Shown one piece after another: positions 18,836-28,599 of a stretch of 64,000 bases of DNA. The notes under the pieces were generated by a model, which searched no databases, was not told the origin of the DNA, and saw nothing but the letters and a program-made list of their open reading frames with translations. The DNA is from Oligoflexia bacterium (GTDB lineage: Bacteria > Bdellovibrionota > UBA1018). The stretch covers positions 15,385 to 79,384 of the forward strand of contig CAIRTR010000126.1 in the NCBI GenBank assembly GCA_903881565.1, in the 5' to 3' direction. How positions within the stretch are numbered: the first letter of the stretch is position 1; every line of letters begins with the position of its first letter. A program made the translations under genes and the position numbers.

Positions 18836-20626
18836 TTAACCCAACGCCCCCGGAAACCGACACACAAAACTCGCCCCCTGCCCCACCGTACTCTCAACCC
18901 ACACGGCGCCGCCGTGGCGTTGCATGATGTGTTTGACAATGGCAAGCCCTAGTCCCGTTCCCCCTAACTCACGAGAGCGGGCTTTATCGACTCGGTAAAA
19001 GCGCTCAAAAAGCCTTTCATGATGCTCTGGAGGGATCCCGGGTCCTGAATCAGAAACCTTCAATAGGACTTCATTTGAAGGCGTCCTCTCCCAACTCAAA
19101 CTAATCTGTCCTCCCGAGGGAGTGTATTTGGCGGCGTTGTCCAGGAGATTAACCAGCACTTGCTCCAAGCGAGTGGCATCAGCGTAAACATTTGAAACAC
19201 CGGCGTGTAAAATGACATTTTGCTTTTTAGTTTCAAAAGCACCGCTTAACTGTTTAAGCACCCGGGCACTGATTTCTTCAGTACTCAATTCAATCCTCTG
19301 CAAATTATCCGCATTGGCATCTAAAGAAGACAGATCTAGCAGATCATTGATCAGACTCATCAGGCGCGCCGTATTGCGACTGATCACTTCAACAAATTCC
19401 TTGGAGATCGCCCGCCCCTGCCCAATGTCCTGCTCCAGGGTGTCCGTATAACCCTTAATCGCCGTCAGAGGAGTACGAAGTTCATGAGAAACGTTAGCCA
19501 CAAAATCGATTCGAATTTGTTCAGCCTTTTTTAAGGCCGTCACATCATGAAACACCCCAACGGCGCCGTAGACTCCTCCAATTGTACTTCTACGCAGGGG
19601 CGCCACCGACAGTGAGAAGAATTTTTGCCCTTCACTATGAGCAAAAGCATGCGCGCTGATCGCGGTATTCTTCCCCCCTTTCAAAGCCGCCCGAAAGGCA
19701 TCAAGTACTTCAGGATCCCGAAAAAGTTCCCAAAGCCTGGCGTTGCCAGTCCGCAGCACCGCCTGCCCACCAAAAAGCACGGCAAAACGGCTATTATAAA
19801 AAAGCGGCGTTCCCTCCAAATCGACAGCAATGATCGCATCCGATATGGCACTCATGAGAGTCGCTTGCTCTTCGCGCTCGCGATTGAGGTTCTCAGCTTT
19901 GGCTTCTAGATCACGTCGAATATCCTCAAGCGATGAATCCAGTTCAGATAATTCCCCAAAGGAGTCTTCTTCAAACTCCTGCTCACTTGCTTGATGATGA
20001 GCTACATTCTCAGCTTTGAGCAAAATGCGCCCCAACGGTAATGCCAATTTTCGCCCCGACCATAGCGCAAAGCCACCCAGAACGAGCGCAATCAAAACCA
20101 AAAATCCAATCAACGACGAATCCAAAATCTGAAGGCTCGCAATGAGATTTGAAAGTGGGATGGCTCCTCTTAGAAACACGCCCTTGCTTTTTACATTCAG
20201 CGCTCCATAAAGCATGTTCTCGCTTAGGGTCTCACTATAGCGAACGCTCTGCCCAAATCCAGATGTAGAACCAAGCGCAGCCTGTACTTCAGTCCTACCC
20301 AGATGATTCTCCATGGTTTGCACTTGATGGTGCGAATCACAAAGGACTAAGCCACTTGACGCAATAAGTGTGAGACGAAAAGAAGAATCATGAGAATGAG
20401 TCGCGCACCATGACGGGGTAACATTCGCGGGCAAATCCCCGGGTAGATCTTGAGTCAAACTCTTCAAAGTGACATGAAGCTGGGACTCGACTTGAGCGAT
20501 AAACTGCTGCTTGTAAAAATAGCGGGCAGCAACCCCCGAAGCGGCAACCGCCACAAGAACGAGAAGGGCTTGAATCAGGACAATTCGTGAAAACAGCCGC
20601 CAGGGAAATCTCTTTGGAATTGTCAT
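18836..20626 (-). CDS. phoR: phosphate-regulon sensor histidine kinase
   Basis: 596 aa. Two TM helices, a PAS-like region, the HisKA H-box SHELRTPLTAI and HATPase_c motifs. It sits immediately downstream of phoB. Confidence 0.8.
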   Translation of the reverse strand: MTIPKRFPWRLFSRIVLIQALLVLVAVAASGVAARYFYKQQFIAQVESQLHVTLKSLTQDLPGDLPANVTPSWCATHSHDSSFRLTLIASSGLVLCDSHHQVQTMENHLGRTEVQAALGSTSGFGQSVRYSETLSENMLYGALNVKSKGVFLRGAIPLSNLIASLQILDSSLIGFLVLIALVLGGFALWSGRKLALPLGRILLKAENVAHHQASEQEFEEDSFGELSELDSSLEDIRRDLEAKAENLNREREEQATLMSAISDAIIAVDLEGTPLFYNSRFAVLFGGQAVLRTGNARLWELFRDPEVLDAFRAALKGGKNTAISAHAFAHSEGQKFFSLSVAPLRRSTIGGVYGAVGVFHDVTALKKAEQIRIDFVANVSHELRTPLTAIKGYTDTLEQDIGQGRAISKEFVEVISRNTARLMSLINDLLDLSSLDANADNLQRIELSTEEISARVLKQLSGAFETKKQNVILHAGVSNVYADATRLEQVLVNLLDNAAKYTPSGGQISLSWERTPSNEVLLKVSDSGPGIPPEHHERLFERFYRVDKARSRELGGTGLGLAIVKHIMQRHGGAVWVESTVGQGASFVCRFPGALG

Positions 20627-20633
20627 ATGACGC

Positions 20634-21317
20634 TCACTCGGCCTTCACGCGATAGCCCACGCCTCGAATCGTCTCAATGATTTCGGCACACACTCCCAGT
20701 TTTTTTCGCAAACCAAAAACATGGGTATCCACGGTACGATCCGTCACACTGACTCCCTCGCCCTGCACGTGTTCAATTAGTTTATCGCGCGAAAGGACCC
20801 GACCCCGATTCTCTAGGAGCGCCACAAGAAGCTTAAATTCAGACGTCGTGAGCTGAATTTCTTCAGTCGCACACCATACTTTATGCTCGCCTAAACTCAC
20901 TTTAAGGTCTCCAATACTAAATCCCGCAGCCGTAGATCCCCTAGCGGCCATGGAGACCTCCTGAGTCCTTCTTAGCAGCGCCTTTACTCGCGCCAGAAAC
21001 ACAGCGATTTCAAATGGCTTGGTGACATAATCATCCGCACCCGACTCAAGGCCTCGAACAATATCAGCCGAATCCGCGCGTGCAGTGACCATGAGAATAG
21101 GCAGCTTTCCTGAAAAGGCCTTGCAGAGTTCCAATCCCGAGATTCCGGGAAGCATCCAATCTAATATAGCCAGTTCAAATTTGCCTTCAGAAAAAAGCTT
21201 AAGGCCCAACTCCCCGTTTTCGGCCCCCACTGCATCAAAGCCCTCACGCTTAAGATGCATGAGCATCAGCGTTCGAATGTCCGCTTCGTCTTCGACAACC
21301 AGAATTCGAGCGTTCAT
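20634..21317 (-). CDS. phoB: phosphate-regulon response regulator of the OmpR/PhoB family
   Basis: 227 aa. Receiver domain (ILVVEDE...D) plus a winged-helix domain. Located between phoU and phoR. Confidence 0.85.
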   Translation of the reverse strand: MNARILVVEDEADIRTLMLMHLKREGFDAVGAENGELGLKLFSEGKFELAILDWMLPGISGLELCKAFSGKLPILMVTARADSADIVRGLESGADDYVTKPFEIAVFLARVKALLRRTQEVSMAARGSTAAGFSIGDLKVSLGEHKVWCATEEIQLTTSEFKLLVALLENRGRVLSRDKLIEHVQGEGVSVTDRTVDTHVFGLRKKLGVCAEIIETIRGVGYRVKAE

Positions 21318-22006
21318 TTTGACTCCAACGCCTTTTTGATTGTCTGCATACTCCCCGAATGCCTAATATCTTCGCCTGTGATCGCAAAAACCACGTCCTC
21401 TGCAATATTGGTCGCGTGATCCCCAAGGCGCTCTAAGTTTCTCGCGATCAAGATGAGGGTTAGGCCCTGCTCAATCATTTCGGGTTGATCCTTCAAATGC
21501 TCCAGTACATCCCTGAAAATCTTATTCTTAAGAGCATCCACTTTATCATCACGACTCAGAACCTCGCGTGCCAGCCCCTCATCGGTCTTTACAAATGAAT
21601 CAATTGCAGCCCTTACCATGACACGCACTTCTTCAGCCATCACCGGTAAATCAATGAGCGGCTTAAGAGGCAGACCTCTTAAATAGCGATCACTATTATA
21701 AGCGATATTTTCAGCCTGATCGCCCATCCGCTCTAAATCCGTGTTGATCTTGATAATTGCAACAATTAGCCTGAGATCGGCAGCCAGGGGCTGCTGAAGG
21801 GCCAATAGCTTCAGACAGGAATTATCCACCGCTTTATGAGCTAGATTCACCTTCTTTTCCATCTCATGAACATGCGCAATCTTGGTCAGATCCCGTTTCT
21901 GAAGCGCCTGAGTCGCATCATCAATCGCGCGCTCCACCAGCCCCGCCATCGCCACCAACTGTTCTTTTAACTCTCTTAAGGAAACATCAAAATGCCGTTC
22001 CATCAC
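21314..22006 (-). CDS. phoU: phosphate signalling complex protein PhoU
   Basis: 230 aa. Two PhoU repeats, each with a DxxERxxD motif ([30 protein letters not shown]). Confidence 0.85.
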   Translation of the reverse strand: MMERHFDVSLRELKEQLVAMAGLVERAIDDATQALQKRDLTKIAHVHEMEKKVNLAHKAVDNSCLKLLALQQPLAADLRLIVAIIKINTDLERMGDQAENIAYNSDRYLRGLPLKPLIDLPVMAEEVRVMVRAAIDSFVKTDEGLAREVLSRDDKVDALKNKIFRDVLEHLKDQPEMIEQGLTLILIARNLERLGDHATNIAEDVVFAITGEDIRHSGSMQTIKKALESK

Positions 22007-22761
22007 CCAAACCTCCCCGTAATGTATCGCTCCGTTCTTTGGTCCTTGGGAGCAGTAAATAGTTCTGACGTCTCACCGTACTCAATCATTTCACCTAAAA
22101 GAAAAAAGGCCGTCTTATCTGAAATCCGCGCGGCCTGCTGCATATTATGTGTCACAATCACGATCGTGACTGTTTTCTTAAGCTCTGTCATGAGTTCTTC
22201 GATCTTCGCCGTCGAAATCGGATCCAGCGCGCTCGTGGGCTCATCCATAAGCAAAACAGAGGGCTCCACGGCCAAAGCGCGCGCAATGCAGAGTCGCTGT
22301 TGCTGTCCCCCTGAGAGACTCGTGCCTTGTGAGTTTAACTTATCCTTCACTTCTTCCCATAGGGCCGCAAGCTTTAGGCTGCGCTCAACGGTCTCACGAA
22401 GGATGGCCCCCCGTCTCACTCCTGCCAATTTTAAACCAATTGCAACGTTATCAAAGATTGAGAGCGAGGGAAAAGGATTGGGTTTTTGAAAGACCATCCC
22501 GATCTTGCGACGAATGGCCACGGGATCAACATCGGAGGCATAAATATCATGCCCTTGAAGCAAGACTTTACCCGTGGCTGAGGCCTCCGCCACTTCTTCA
22601 TGCAATCGATTGAGGCATCGAATAAACGTTGATTTGCCACAACCCGAAGGCCCGATGATCGCCGACACCGTGAATTCATCAAAATCCATTTGAATGTTTT
22701 TCAGAACCTGAGTTGACCCAAATGAAGCACTGAGATTTTGAGTTGAAAGCAAAGAATACAT
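22003..22761 (-). CDS. pstB: phosphate ABC transporter ATP-binding protein
   Basis: 252 aa. Walker [13 protein letters not shown] signature LSGGQQQRL, Walker B LLMDEP. Confidence 0.9.
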   Translation of the reverse strand: MYSLLSTQNLSASFGSTQVLKNIQMDFDEFTVSAIIGPSGCGKSTFIRCLNRLHEEVAEASATGKVLLQGHDIYASDVDPVAIRRKIGMVFQKPNPFPSLSIFDNVAIGLKLAGVRRGAILRETVERSLKLAALWEEVKDKLNSQGTSLSGGQQQRLCIARALAVEPSVLLMDEPTSALDPISTAKIEELMTELKKTVTIVIVTHNMQQAARISDKTAFFLLGEMIEYGETSELFTAPKDQRTERYITGRFG

Positions 22762-23657
22762 TAGTTTCCACCCTGTTTTTTTGAATTCCCGCCAGAATTA
22801 AATACCACTCGAGTCAACAAATTCATAGCAAACACGAGCATCACCAGGAGCAGGGCTCCCGCCCATGCCTGCCGATGCCAATCGTCATAAGGACTAATGG
22901 CGTACGTGTAGATTTGAACAGGGAGAGATGCAATCGGTTGATCCAATCCGCTTTGCCAAAAGCGATTATTAAAAGCGGTAAATAAAAGAGGTGCGGTTTC
23001 ACCCGAGACTCTCGCAATTGAGAGCATGATGCCCGTCGTGATCGGCCCGCGACTCCCCTTGAGAATAATCCACAAAATAACTTTCCACCGAGGGAGCCCC
23101 AAAGCCAAGCCCGCCTCCCGAATGTGCTCGGGGATCATTCTAAGAAGCTCCTCAGTCGTCCGACAAACCGTCGGGATCATCAAGATCCCAAGAGCCAGGC
23201 CTCCCGCAACGGCTGAGAATCTCCTCATGGTTATAACCACAAGCGCGTAAACAAAAAGCCCCACAATAATTGAAGGAATACTCGAAAGCATGTCCGCACT
23301 AAAGCGCACAACGCCAGCGAACCTGCCCCGCCCTTGCTTTCCCCCGTATTCGGACAAATACAACGCAACCGATACGCCCCAGGGGATCCCAATCAATGAG
23401 GCCAACGCGACCAACGTACAAGTGCCCAAAAGTGCATTGGCCATCCCACCGCCGATCTCACCCACAGGCTTCGGAACCGCGGTAAAAAACTCCCAATTAA
23501 GCGCAGAATACCCTTGCGCCACGACATAGCCAAAAACACTAAAGAGGGGAAAAATCGCGAGGGTAGCAGCCAACACCAAAAGCCCACACATCAAGGCATT
23601 GATGGCTTTTCTTTTTCGGTAACTGCGAAAAATGTAGTCTGCAAAATGCCGCTGCAT
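22761..23657 (-). CDS. pstA: phosphate ABC transporter permease PstA
   Basis: 298 aa. Polytopic membrane protein with the ABC permease EAA-like loop. Position in the pst operon supports the call. Confidence 0.85.
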   Translation of the reverse strand: MQRHFADYIFRSYRKRKAINALMCGLLVLAATLAIFPLFSVFGYVVAQGYSALNWEFFTAVPKPVGEIGGGMANALLGTCTLVALASLIGIPWGVSVALYLSEYGGKQGRGRFAGVVRFSADMLSSIPSIIVGLFVYALVVITMRRFSAVAGGLALGILMIPTVCRTTEELLRMIPEHIREAGLALGLPRWKVILWIILKGSRGPITTGIMLSIARVSGETAPLLFTAFNNRFWQSGLDQPIASLPVQIYTYAISPYDDWHRQAWAGALLLVMLVFAMNLLTRVVFNSGGNSKKQGGN

Positions 23658-24622
23658 TATTTAGCGCCTCCAGGCGAATTGGAAGGAGCGCCCCAACGAA
23701 AGCCCCGAGAAATAAATAATCGAGCAAGGCTGTTGATGACGAACGTCACCGCAAAAAGCAAAAGCCCGACTTCAACAAGTGCTGCAACATGAACGTCACT
23801 GGTCGCCTCGGCATACTCATTGGCGATGATACTGGCCATCGTCGATCCAGGCGCAAACAAAGAGGCGGAAACCTCATGGCGATTGCCAATAAGCATCGTG
23901 ACCGCCATCGTCTCCCCCAACGCTCGTCCCAAACCTAAAATCACGGCGCCGATGATTCCGCGCCTTGCACTTTGTAAAACAGATAATCGCATCATCTCCC
24001 AGCGAGTCGAGCCCAGAGCCAATGCCGCCTCACGCTGCACGCGAGGGATTGCATTGAAGATCTCGCGCGAAATACTTGAGATCGTCGGCGTAATCATGAT
24101 GGCCAGAATAATCCCCGCAGCCAACATCCCTACCCCGTAAGGAGCGCCCTGAAAAAATGGCAAAAAACCCATAGTTTTGGCCAAAAAAGGCTCCACCGTC
24201 GTCCTGAGCCAAGGCGCCAGGACGAAGATTCCCCATAAGCCATAAACCACACTCGGAATCGCAGCCAGCATCTCGACAAGAAATCCCACAACCCGCCCCA
24301 CTCGCGTGGGGGCAATCTCGGTCAGAAACAAGGCGACGCCCACACTCAAAGGCGTTGAGATGAGTATAGCAATAAAAGAAGAAACCACGGTTCCGTAGAC
24401 CACGGGAAGCGCGCCATAAACGTCATTAACCGGATCCCAAACAGAGGTCGTGACAAAACTCCAGCCCTGCTTGTGAATCACGGGCAAAGCGTTGCGGAAA
24501 AGATAGTAGGCTATAGAAACGAGAAGCAAAACTAAGGCGACCGAGGGCACCTTCAAAATGAAGGCAAACACTCGATCGCCTAAGTGAACTTCACGTTTTT
24601 TTCTATTTAGCTTGAATCTCAT
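23657..24622 (-). CDS. pstC: phosphate ABC transporter permease PstC
   Basis: 321 aa membrane permease. The ORF start overlaps the pstS 3' end by about 20 nt, so the true start may lie slightly downstream. Confidence 0.8.
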   Translation of the reverse strand: MRFKLNRKKREVHLGDRVFAFILKVPSVALVLLLVSIAYYLFRNALPVIHKQGWSFVTTSVWDPVNDVYGALPVVYGTVVSSFIAILISTPLSVGVALFLTEIAPTRVGRVVGFLVEMLAAIPSVVYGLWGIFVLAPWLRTTVEPFLAKTMGFLPFFQGAPYGVGMLAAGIILAIMITPTISSISREIFNAIPRVQREAALALGSTRWEMMRLSVLQSARRGIIGAVILGLGRALGETMAVTMLIGNRHEVSASLFAPGSTMASIIANEYAEATSDVHVAALVEVGLLLFAVTFVINSLARLFISRGFRWGAPSNSPGGAK

Positions 24623-25631
24623 TAATCTTGGCCTCTACCTTGCTCAGCATGGCTTTGGGCAGTGGCGCGTAGAACAGAGGTTCAGCACTCGCTTGTCCCT
24701 CTTTGATAGCCCAATGCAGAAATTTCACAATTTTTGCCCCTTTATCCTTAAACTGCTCTGGAGCCATTGTCTTATAGACCAGCAAATAAGTGAAGCCGCT
24801 TATTGGATAAGAATCCTTGCCCTCAGCGTCGGTAATGGAAACGCGGAAATCAGCAGGCATAGATTTCAATGATCCTGCTGCAGCAGCGCTCACACTTTTC
24901 GTATTAGGTTCCACCACACTTCCGGCCTTGTTCTTCACCCAAGCGTAAGTGAGCTGATTGTTCTTGGCGTAAATCAACTCGACGTATCCAATCGCACCGG
25001 GCGTTTGTTTTACGAGACCCGTGACGCCTTCATTGCCTTTTCCCCCTAAACCCACAGGCCAATTAACGGCCGTTCCCGCTCCCACTTTGGTTTTCCATTC
25101 GGGACTGACTTTCGCTAGATAATCGGTGAAAATTCCAGAAGTGCCACTCCCATCCGAGCGATGCACGACGAGGACCGCGTCCTCTGGCAGTTTCAAGCCG
25201 GGATTAAGTGTCACAAGCTTAGGGTCGTTCCACTTGGTGATTTTTCCCAAAAATATTTCTGAAACGATCTCAGCACTCAACTTAAGCCCCGTTGCAAGTC
25301 CCGGGACGTTATAAGTCAAAACGACGGCGCCCAAGACCGTTGGAATATGAACAACCGGAATCGAAGACTTGCTCAACTGCTCATCCGTCATCGGAGAATC
25401 GGTTGCACCAAAATCCACGGTTTTTTCCAAAAACTGGCGAATGCCCCCACCGCTACCGATAGACTGATAATTGATCTGGGTTTCAGGATCGATCTTTTGA
25501 TAATCCGAGAACCATTTTGAATACAGAGGATAGGGAAAGGTTGCCCCCGCGCCGTTGATCATATTTGCCGCAAAGGCGGATGTGCCCAGCGAGAAAGCGA
25601 GTGTCAGAACCAATGCACTAAATTTTTTCAT
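24603..25631 (-). CDS. pstS: phosphate-binding periplasmic protein PstS
   Basis: 342 aa with a signal peptide. PBP superfamily (GAGATFPYPLYSKW, SDGSGTSG). Confidence 0.85.
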   Translation of the reverse strand: MKKFSALVLTLAFSLGTSAFAANMINGAGATFPYPLYSKWFSDYQKIDPETQINYQSIGSGGGIRQFLEKTVDFGATDSPMTDEQLSKSSIPVVHIPTVLGAVVLTYNVPGLATGLKLSAEIVSEIFLGKITKWNDPKLVTLNPGLKLPEDAVLVVHRSDGSGTSGIFTDYLAKVSPEWKTKVGAGTAVNWPVGLGGKGNEGVTGLVKQTPGAIGYVELIYAKNNQLTYAWVKNKAGSVVEPNTKSVSAAAAGSLKSMPADFRVSITDAEGKDSYPISGFTYLLVYKTMAPEQFKDKGAKIVKFLHWAIKEGQASAEPLFYAPLPKAMLSKVEAKINEIQAK

Positions 25632-25682
25632 AAAGCCTCCATTTTGTTTGGCCTGATTCTATCGCAATAGAGGGCTTTCGTT

Positions 25683-25700
25683 TGTCAGGATTGTGTTAGG
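25683..25700 (-). promoter_or_regulatory. Candidate Pho box 52 nt upstream of pstS. On the minus strand it reads CCTAACA-caat-CCTGACA.
   Basis: It is the reverse complement of tgtcagg-attg-tgttagg. A TAGAAT -10-like hexamer lies between the box and the pstS ATG. Confidence 0.5.
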
Positions 25701-25705
25701 AACTG

Positions 25706-26155
25706 CTAATTCGGGTATTTTCCCTCAATATAGTCTCGAAGCATCCGGTTTTCATGTGCGTGTTCATGGATCAAGGATTTGATCACATCGCCGATGGAGA
25801 CCAACCCCACCATCACGCCGCTCTGCATGACAGGGAGGTGGCGAACTCGGTTCTTCGTCATGGTCGACATAACATAAGAGAGATCGTCACTTGGAAATGC
25901 AATAATCAGATCCTTACTCATCACATCAGCGACCAGCAAACTCTCAAGCTTTGAGCCCCCTTTTTGGGTCGCCCGAAGGATATCCCGTTCGGTGACGATT
26001 CCGACCGGGTACTCTCCTGATTTTTCTGCCACGACCACCAATGCGCCGATATTGCGTTTTATAAGCATCTCGATGGCATCAGCCACTCGTGCTCCCGATA
26101 GAATCGTAACGACATCGCTTCCCTTGGTTTTTAAGAGATCTTTGACATGAGGCAT
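25706..26155 (-). CDS. CBS-domain pair protein
   Basis: 149 aa. Two CBS motifs (the HLPV and GLVSIGDV regions). Confidence 0.7.
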   Translation of the reverse strand: MPHVKDLLKTKGSDVVTILSGARVADAIEMLIKRNIGALVVVAEKSGEYPVGIVTERDILRATQKGGSKLESLLVADVMSKDLIIAFPSDDLSYVMSTMTKNRVRHLPVMQSGVMVGLVSIGDVIKSLIHEHAHENRMLRDYIEGKYPN

Positions 26156-26199
26156 AGTGCCTCACTAAAGTGCAAGAACGGTGCGCACTGGATCGAGCG

Positions 26200-27660
26200 C
26201 TAACGAGCGAGGGGCTGATACATCGCCAAGGCTTTAAGCCTGCGCGAACTATGCTCTACGATCGGCTCAATGGGCTCATGAAGCGCGCGCCCTTTTAGAT
26301 GAGCGCGCTCCGGCAACCATTGTTTCAAATAGACGCCATCACGATCAAATTTTCGACTCTGAAGAGTCGGGTTAAAGATTCGAAAATAAGGCTGAGGATC
26401 ACACCCAGTCGAGGCCGCCCATTGCCAACCCCCGTTATTGGCGGCCAAATCTCCATCCAAAAGCTGCTCCATAAAATACCGCTCGCCCCAACGCCAATCA
26501 ATGAGCAGGTCTTTGGTCAGAAACGAAGCGACAATCATCCGCACCCGATTATGCATCCAACCCGTTTGTCTAAGCTGCCGCATTCCCGCATCGACGATGG
26601 GGTAGCCAGTGCGGCCTTCTTTCCAGGCTTCAAAAAGATCCTCTCGATTCTCCCATTTGATGTTGCGGTATTTTTCCAAAAAAGCCTGATTCTCAACCCA
26701 GGGGCAATGCCACAGGATGTGAATGTAAAACTCACGCCAGACGAGTTGTTTTAAGAATTGGGTAGCGCCCATCTTTTGGGGAACCGCTTTAAAACGGGCA
26801 TTTTCGAGTCCGAGCATCGCAATCACCTGAGCAGACGTGAGCGATCCGTTCTTCAAATACATACTCAGCTGTGACGTTCCCGAGACACCCGGAAAATCTC
26901 GCTGGTCACTATAATCATCAAGCTCGTCATCAAACTCATCAAGCAAGGCAAGAGCTGCTTTAGAGCCCGCTTTGGGGATCGGAACACTCACCTGCTTTGA
27001 ATTCTTTGCTCTAAAATGCTCAAGTCGATCAGCATAAATGTCCGTTACTCCCAAAAGATCACGCCAACGGAGTCCAAAATGCGTTTGCTTAGCTTCAGCC
27101 GGGCAAACCCGCCCCCGAATCTCCCTACGCCCCAACAGCTCAAACCACTTGCGCGCAAACGGAGAATACACCTGATAAAAGGACTTTTCACCACTCTCCT
27201 TTTTCAACTCATGAGGTTCTATGACTAAGTGATCCCGCTCCGTGTGAACCTCCACGCCCCAACCGTGCACCAACATTTCGCTAACCCCCTCATCACGCGC
27301 ACGCGCAAAGGGTTCATAATCACGATTGAAACTCACGACCGAAGGCTTGCCCTTCTTTGATTTTTTAAGCTGCGTGAGCAGCGCCGAAAAACCCTTTTTT
27401 GGAATTTCATCCAAGACGAGCAAATCGCCCCCCAAGGCGCGCAACTCCTCACGCAAGGCCTCCAGCGTATTTAGGAGAAACGCAAATCGATTGGGCGAAA
27501 AATCGGGCCGCGATAAAAATGTCGAATCAACAAAAAAGATCCCCACGACTTTTCCTCCATTGCGTGCGAGGTTCCACTCCAAGGCGGGATTGCCCAAGAC
27601 TCTTAAATCACGACGAAACCAATGAATGCCATAGCCACCCATAACCGGCCCCCCCTCCAT
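26200..27660 (-). CDS. phrB: deoxyribodipyrimidine photolyase (CPD photolyase / cryptochrome family)
   Basis: 486 aa. N-terminal photolyase alpha/beta domain (IHWFRRDLR) and the FAD-binding signature DGDLAANNGGWQWAASTG. The start abuts the stop of the upstream ybgA-like gene. Confidence 0.85.
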   Translation of the reverse strand: MEGGPVMGGYGIHWFRRDLRVLGNPALEWNLARNGGKVVGIFFVDSTFLSRPDFSPNRFAFLLNTLEALREELRALGGDLLVLDEIPKKGFSALLTQLKKSKKGKPSVVSFNRDYEPFARARDEGVSEMLVHGWGVEVHTERDHLVIEPHELKKESGEKSFYQVYSPFARKWFELLGRREIRGRVCPAEAKQTHFGLRWRDLLGVTDIYADRLEHFRAKNSKQVSVPIPKAGSKAALALLDEFDDELDDYSDQRDFPGVSGTSQLSMYLKNGSLTSAQVIAMLGLENARFKAVPQKMGATQFLKQLVWREFYIHILWHCPWVENQAFLEKYRNIKWENREDLFEAWKEGRTGYPIVDAGMRQLRQTGWMHNRVRMIVASFLTKDLLIDWRWGERYFMEQLLDGDLAANNGGWQWAASTGCDPQPYFRIFNPTLQSRKFDRDGVYLKQWLPERAHLKGRALHEPIEPIVEHSSRRLKALAMYQPLAR

Positions 27661-28599
27661 CTACAAACGAATATGCGCGCCCAGTGCCCGGGGATAGGGC
27701 GCAAAAAAGAGCTGCTCCTGCAGATACGCGATCTCAAATTTTTGAATCAGGTGATTCGCAAGAGTCAGTGGCGCAATAAAAGGCAATTCCCCTTTGAGAT
27801 ACTCCTTAATTGACTCTCGCAACTGCTTGCGATCCGTCTCATCGGCCTTGCCCCGCAAATATCCCATAGCATGCTCAAGCACGTTGGTTCGGGTCTTGGC
27901 GGTAGGCATAACCGCCAGAGCCTCCATGAAAAGCACCGAATACTTTTCCAAGACCTCCCGCACGGATAGACCTTCGGGATTTGCAACAATCCGACCCAAG
28001 CGAGAGTAGTGACGAGGACTATGCTCCATCAAGATCAGCTTGTGCTTTTTGTGCAGGTCCTGAATGGCACTCAACTTTATGCGCAGGGGAGCTTCGGGAG
28101 TAAGCGCCCTGAGGCGAGAATAGGCAAAAATCTGATTTAAAAAATTCTCACGCTGCTCCGAATCCATCAGTCGCCCTTCTTCAATCATCGGCAGAAGAGG
28201 ATAGGATTCACACATCGCTTTTGCAAAAAAGCCTTGCCCCGTCTTATTCGGAATGCCTTTGGCCGAATAATCCTTCACCCGCTCCAACCCACAGCTGGGC
28301 GAGTCCTTTTTTAAAATAAACCCATCTAGGCCTGCGGCAGTCTGAGCGAGTTTAATAAAGCACGATGTCGCTTTTTCACTCAAATCCAACTTCGTACTCG
28401 GTTGCACAAGCCTTCCCTGATTCAATCGGAGCGTGGGACGCGGAACCCCCAATCCCAAAGAAACCTCGGGACAAAAAGGAACAAGCTTTGCGTGCTTGCC
28501 CAAAATATCCGTAATCCAAGGCTGACGCTTGTGATCGCCGTTGAAGCGTACGGCATGACCTAAGAGACAAGCGCTCACTCCGACTTGAGGTTTACTCAT
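27661..28599 (-). CDS. DUF523 + DUF1722 fusion protein (YbgA-like, TudS-type Fe-S family)
   Basis: 312 aa. The N-terminus VGVSACLLG...FCPEV matches the DUF523 Cys pattern. E. coli ybgA is likewise co-operonic with phr. Confidence 0.7.
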   Translation of the reverse strand: MSKPQVGVSACLLGHAVRFNGDHKRQPWITDILGKHAKLVPFCPEVSLGLGVPRPTLRLNQGRLVQPSTKLDLSEKATSCFIKLAQTAAGLDGFILKKDSPSCGLERVKDYSAKGIPNKTGQGFFAKAMCESYPLLPMIEEGRLMDSEQRENFLNQIFAYSRLRALTPEAPLRIKLSAIQDLHKKHKLILMEHSPRHYSRLGRIVANPEGLSVREVLEKYSVLFMEALAVMPTAKTRTNVLEHAMGYLRGKADETDRKQLRESIKEYLKGELPFIAPLTLANHLIQKFEIAYLQEQLFFAPYPRALGAHIRL

